Assembly (NCBI GenBank): GCA_049700235.1 | Contig: JBNAVS010000001.1 | Location: 1 to 31,537, forward strand | Source of the DNA: Microgenomates group bacterium | GTDB taxonomy: Bacteria > Patescibacteriota > Microgenomatia > PFEM01 > JBNASD01 | Length of the DNA stretch: 31,537 nucleotides | Direction of reading: 5' to 3' | In this document: positions 29,286 to 31,537 of the stretch, one piece after another | Position numbering within the stretch: the first letter of the stretch is position 1 | Layout: every line of letters starts with the position of its first letter | The notes under the pieces: model-generated | Database searches by the model: none | What the model was told of the DNA's origin: nothing | The model's input: only the letters and a program-made list of their open reading frames with translations | Translations under genes and position numbers: made by a program

Positions 29286-30409
29286 CGAAATCAGAAATAT
29301 TTGGGGAGCAGGAAGCGTTTTCCGAAAGATGGACGCGTCAGCATGGCTTACCTGATGTAATTCCGGCGGATCCAGCAAGGGAAATTTACCGGGATTTTTC
29401 TCCGGCTGAAGTCCTCAGCGATATTGCTGCAATAGGCCTTAGTGACCAACACGTATGGTATAGAGCTTCCGTGGCAATTGAAGCGGGAGATAAGAATTTC
29501 AGAAGGGCAGCTCGTACCGGACTTCTTGGGTTATTAGTTCTGGACCACAGGATGAGAGCTGGTAGAATTGATTCAGTGGCGAATATGTTGAATACTGAGT
29601 TTGGAGTGACTCCCCAGGGTATAGCCCAGTGGCTTATAGTTGATCAAGAGACGCGACGCTGTTTAGCACTCTTATTTAGGCTTCAAGGGTATGAAGTAGC
29701 TGATGAAGAGGGGATTCATGACGAAATTTCCGGATTAGATGCCGAAGGAAAACTACCCTCGGTAGGCCTTCGGTTTTCTGAATATTTAAGATTAAGACCG
29801 GATCAAATAAGAACTTATTTAAAAGCGGTGCAAGAGGCGGTGGGAACAGACTGGGGGGTAGTTAGGGTAGCTTATACAATTTTCCGCTGTTTGGGATTTC
29901 CTCATGAGAACGGAAAATTTGCTGAGGAGCTAATTGGAAAATATGTATATGATGGCAAAAAAGGAGATTTAGATCCTAGGGAAGTTGCCCCGTTTATTGA
30001 AAAATTTGAGGATCCTGTTTCTGGAAAAAGCTTAGCTGAAGTTTTACAGACCGAAGGAATAATTGGATTAGCAAGGGCATTAAATCGACTCCCAGCAGAA
30101 AAAATTGCTCGAGAATGGGCAGATATGCAGCTACTCTTGGATATGATGGACAAAATTAGTGATATTCGTGAGGGAAAAGGGGGAGCAGGAACTTTAAAGG
30201 TCTCTCAAAGATTAGACGCCATAAAAGAACTAGAAGAGTTTAAGATTGCTCTAGCAAAAAGAAAACTGAGGCCCCCAACCATTAAGAGGCTTGTAGATCC
30301 CAGAAGGATCAAATATGTTAGAGGGATGGTTGAGCGAGACAAAGGAGGTTGGAGAGATTTTTTTGCAGATCTGGGTCTAGTTCCCTCTCAGCCAAAGGAA
30401 AAACAATAG
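29270..30409 (+). CDS. Hypothetical protein (379 aa, probably mostly helical, no recognised motif)
   Basis: Long uninterrupted ORF whose start is preceded by the repeated promoter. Confidence 0.8.
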   Translation: MSVEVAKSEIFGEQEAFSERWTRQHGLPDVIPADPAREIYRDFSPAEVLSDIAAIGLSDQHVWYRASVAIEAGDKNFRRAARTGLLGLLVLDHRMRAGRIDSVANMLNTEFGVTPQGIAQWLIVDQETRRCLALLFRLQGYEVADEEGIHDEISGLDAEGKLPSVGLRFSEYLRLRPDQIRTYLKAVQEAVGTDWGVVRVAYTIFRCLGFPHENGKFAEELIGKYVYDGKKGDLDPREVAPFIEKFEDPVSGKSLAEVLQTEGIIGLARALNRLPAEKIAREWADMQLLLDMMDKISDIREGKGGAGTLKVSQRLDAIKELEEFKIALAKRKLRPPTIKRLVDPRRIKYVRGMVERDKGGWRDFFADLGLVPSQPKEKQ

Positions 30410-30421
30410 TTTTCTTTATAT

Positions 30422-31537
30422 CTACGGGAGTCCCACTATTTTTCTTAAAATTTGTCCAGCAGACCCCGCCACTAACTGTATATACCACTTTTGACCTTTG
30501 GCAGCTTCTTCAATTGCTCCCGCTGCTCCAGCTGCAGGTACTCTTACTGGAGTAAGAGCTTCCCCAATCGCCGCGCCGTAGGGGAAGGTTTTGACTTGGA
30601 GGGCTTCTTTGACCATATCAGGAACTTTAGAAATCGTTAATAGCATACCAAAAGCAATGAGAGCAAGTAAAGCTCCTCCGGTTGAATGAATAACCGGTGG
30701 GCTCCACATTTGCCCTGTTCTTGCCGCACCTGCAAGCTGGTCGACCAACAGCCAGCTAAGGAGCAGAAAAAGGGCAGTAGCAGGGAAAACAGCGATATTA
30801 GCAAGAAGGTTTCTTAACCAACTCCCAAATACCATTTGGGCCCCCGGCAAAACACCAAGCATAATTTGGATAGGCCCAAAAATTACAGAAAGGATGATGC
30901 TTATGTAACATTTTACTAAGGAGATAAACAATTTAACCATGACATACAAAGCGATAATTGCCAATAAAAGTTCAAGTAGAATGGCAGGCCCCGCAATGCC
31001 GCCGGCAACTCCAGCACCAGCCCCTAAAGGTCCTGCTACCAAAAAACCAATAATTACTCCTAAAATTGCCCATATTAATGCTCCTCCAACCAAAGTACCA
31101 AGATTACCGGCAAAAGTTTCCCATACTGCCTTATTGGTTCCTCCAAATATTAAACCCCATCCTTGTCCAAAACTAAGCCCCATATATTTTTGTTGCTCGG
31201 AAGCAATCTTGGTCATGTTATCCCAACCAGCAACTGGAGCAACTACCAGAACCCCCAGGGCGATTAAGATATTAATCAAATCAATCAACAACCCGGCGAT
31301 GGCGTAGGAGAAGGTCACTAAAATGAGGGCGACGACGACGCGGGGGATGGCGTTTTGGATGGAGATGACGGTTTGGGGGTTGAGTTTAACCCTAAACATA
31401 ATGGCAAAACCAATGACGACAAAAACAATCGTAAAAAATAGATAAGCAATGTTGCGAAAAACTTTCCATAAAGACAGAATTGGCCGGAGGCCTTGAAAAC
31501 CTACTCCTGCCTGGGCATAAGCTGGTTTAACAATCCC
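30422..31537 (-). CDS. Polytopic membrane protein, VirB6/TrbL-like (5' end beyond window)
   Basis: The frame is open to the window edge (..LWKVFRNIAYLFF..IGFAIMFRVKLNPQ..). Many TMs, IIFGPIQIMLG-type segment and WLRNLLANIAVFP; same strand as the prgI-virB4 genes. Confidence 0.65.
   Translation of the reverse strand, partial: GIVKPAYAQAGVGFQGLRPILSLWKVFRNIAYLFFTIVFVVIGFAIMFRVKLNPQTVISIQNAIPRVVVALILVTFSYAIAGLLIDLINILIALGVLVVAPVAGWDNMTKIASEQQKYMGLSFGQGWGLIFGGTNKAVWETFAGNLGTLVGGALIWAILGVIIGFLVAGPLGAGAGVAGGIAGPAILLELLLAIIALYVMVKLFISLVKCYISIILSVIFGPIQIMLGVLPGAQMVFGSWLRNLLANIAVFPATALFLLLSWLLVDQLAGAARTGQMWSPPVIHSTGGALLALIAFGMLLTISKVPDMVKEALQVKTFPYGAAIGEALTPVRVPAAGAAGAIEEAAKGQKWYIQLVAGSAGQILRKIVGLP

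Noticed and set aside
616-31307. Many ORF-track entries antisense to or nested in real genes (e.g. 616-1026, 7277-7585, 22266-22817, 25059-25484, 27022-27618, 30939-31307)
   Set aside because: Shadow frames of well-supported genes with no motifs or expression signals.

Overview
AT-rich bacterial chromosomal window spanning the probable replication origin. Gene content and protein style suggest Patescibacteria (CPR), probably Microgenomates; this is an inference. In order: the end of the alpha operon (rpsD-rpoA-rplQ-rplM-rpsI); an accessory stretch with a candidate ~420-nt structured RNA and rplY, bracketed by two copies of a hairpin-forming repeat; a degenerate SDR-DUF4012 fusion; RNase HI; a high-turnover zone with three toxin-antitoxin (TA) type modules, several gene remnants and tgt; SIMPL, galU, ASCH and O-antigen-ligase-like genes; the jag-yidC-yidD-rnpA-rpmH / dnaA-oriC-dnaN core; and a minus-strand T4SS-like locus (VirB6-like, PrgI-like, VirB4, CHAP-containing membrane protein). 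That locus is interrupted by a plus-strand island (MNT-HEPN, HicBA, orphan) whose modules start with a repeated promoter. Leading unexplained signals: the structured non-coding block, the attC-like folded repeat next to -35 boxes, about 13 period-7/9 tandem arrays mostly inside conserved genes, promoter-duplication-bounded TA cassettes, and pervasive leaderless-type promoters. All calls are by eye, with no database searches or folding runs.
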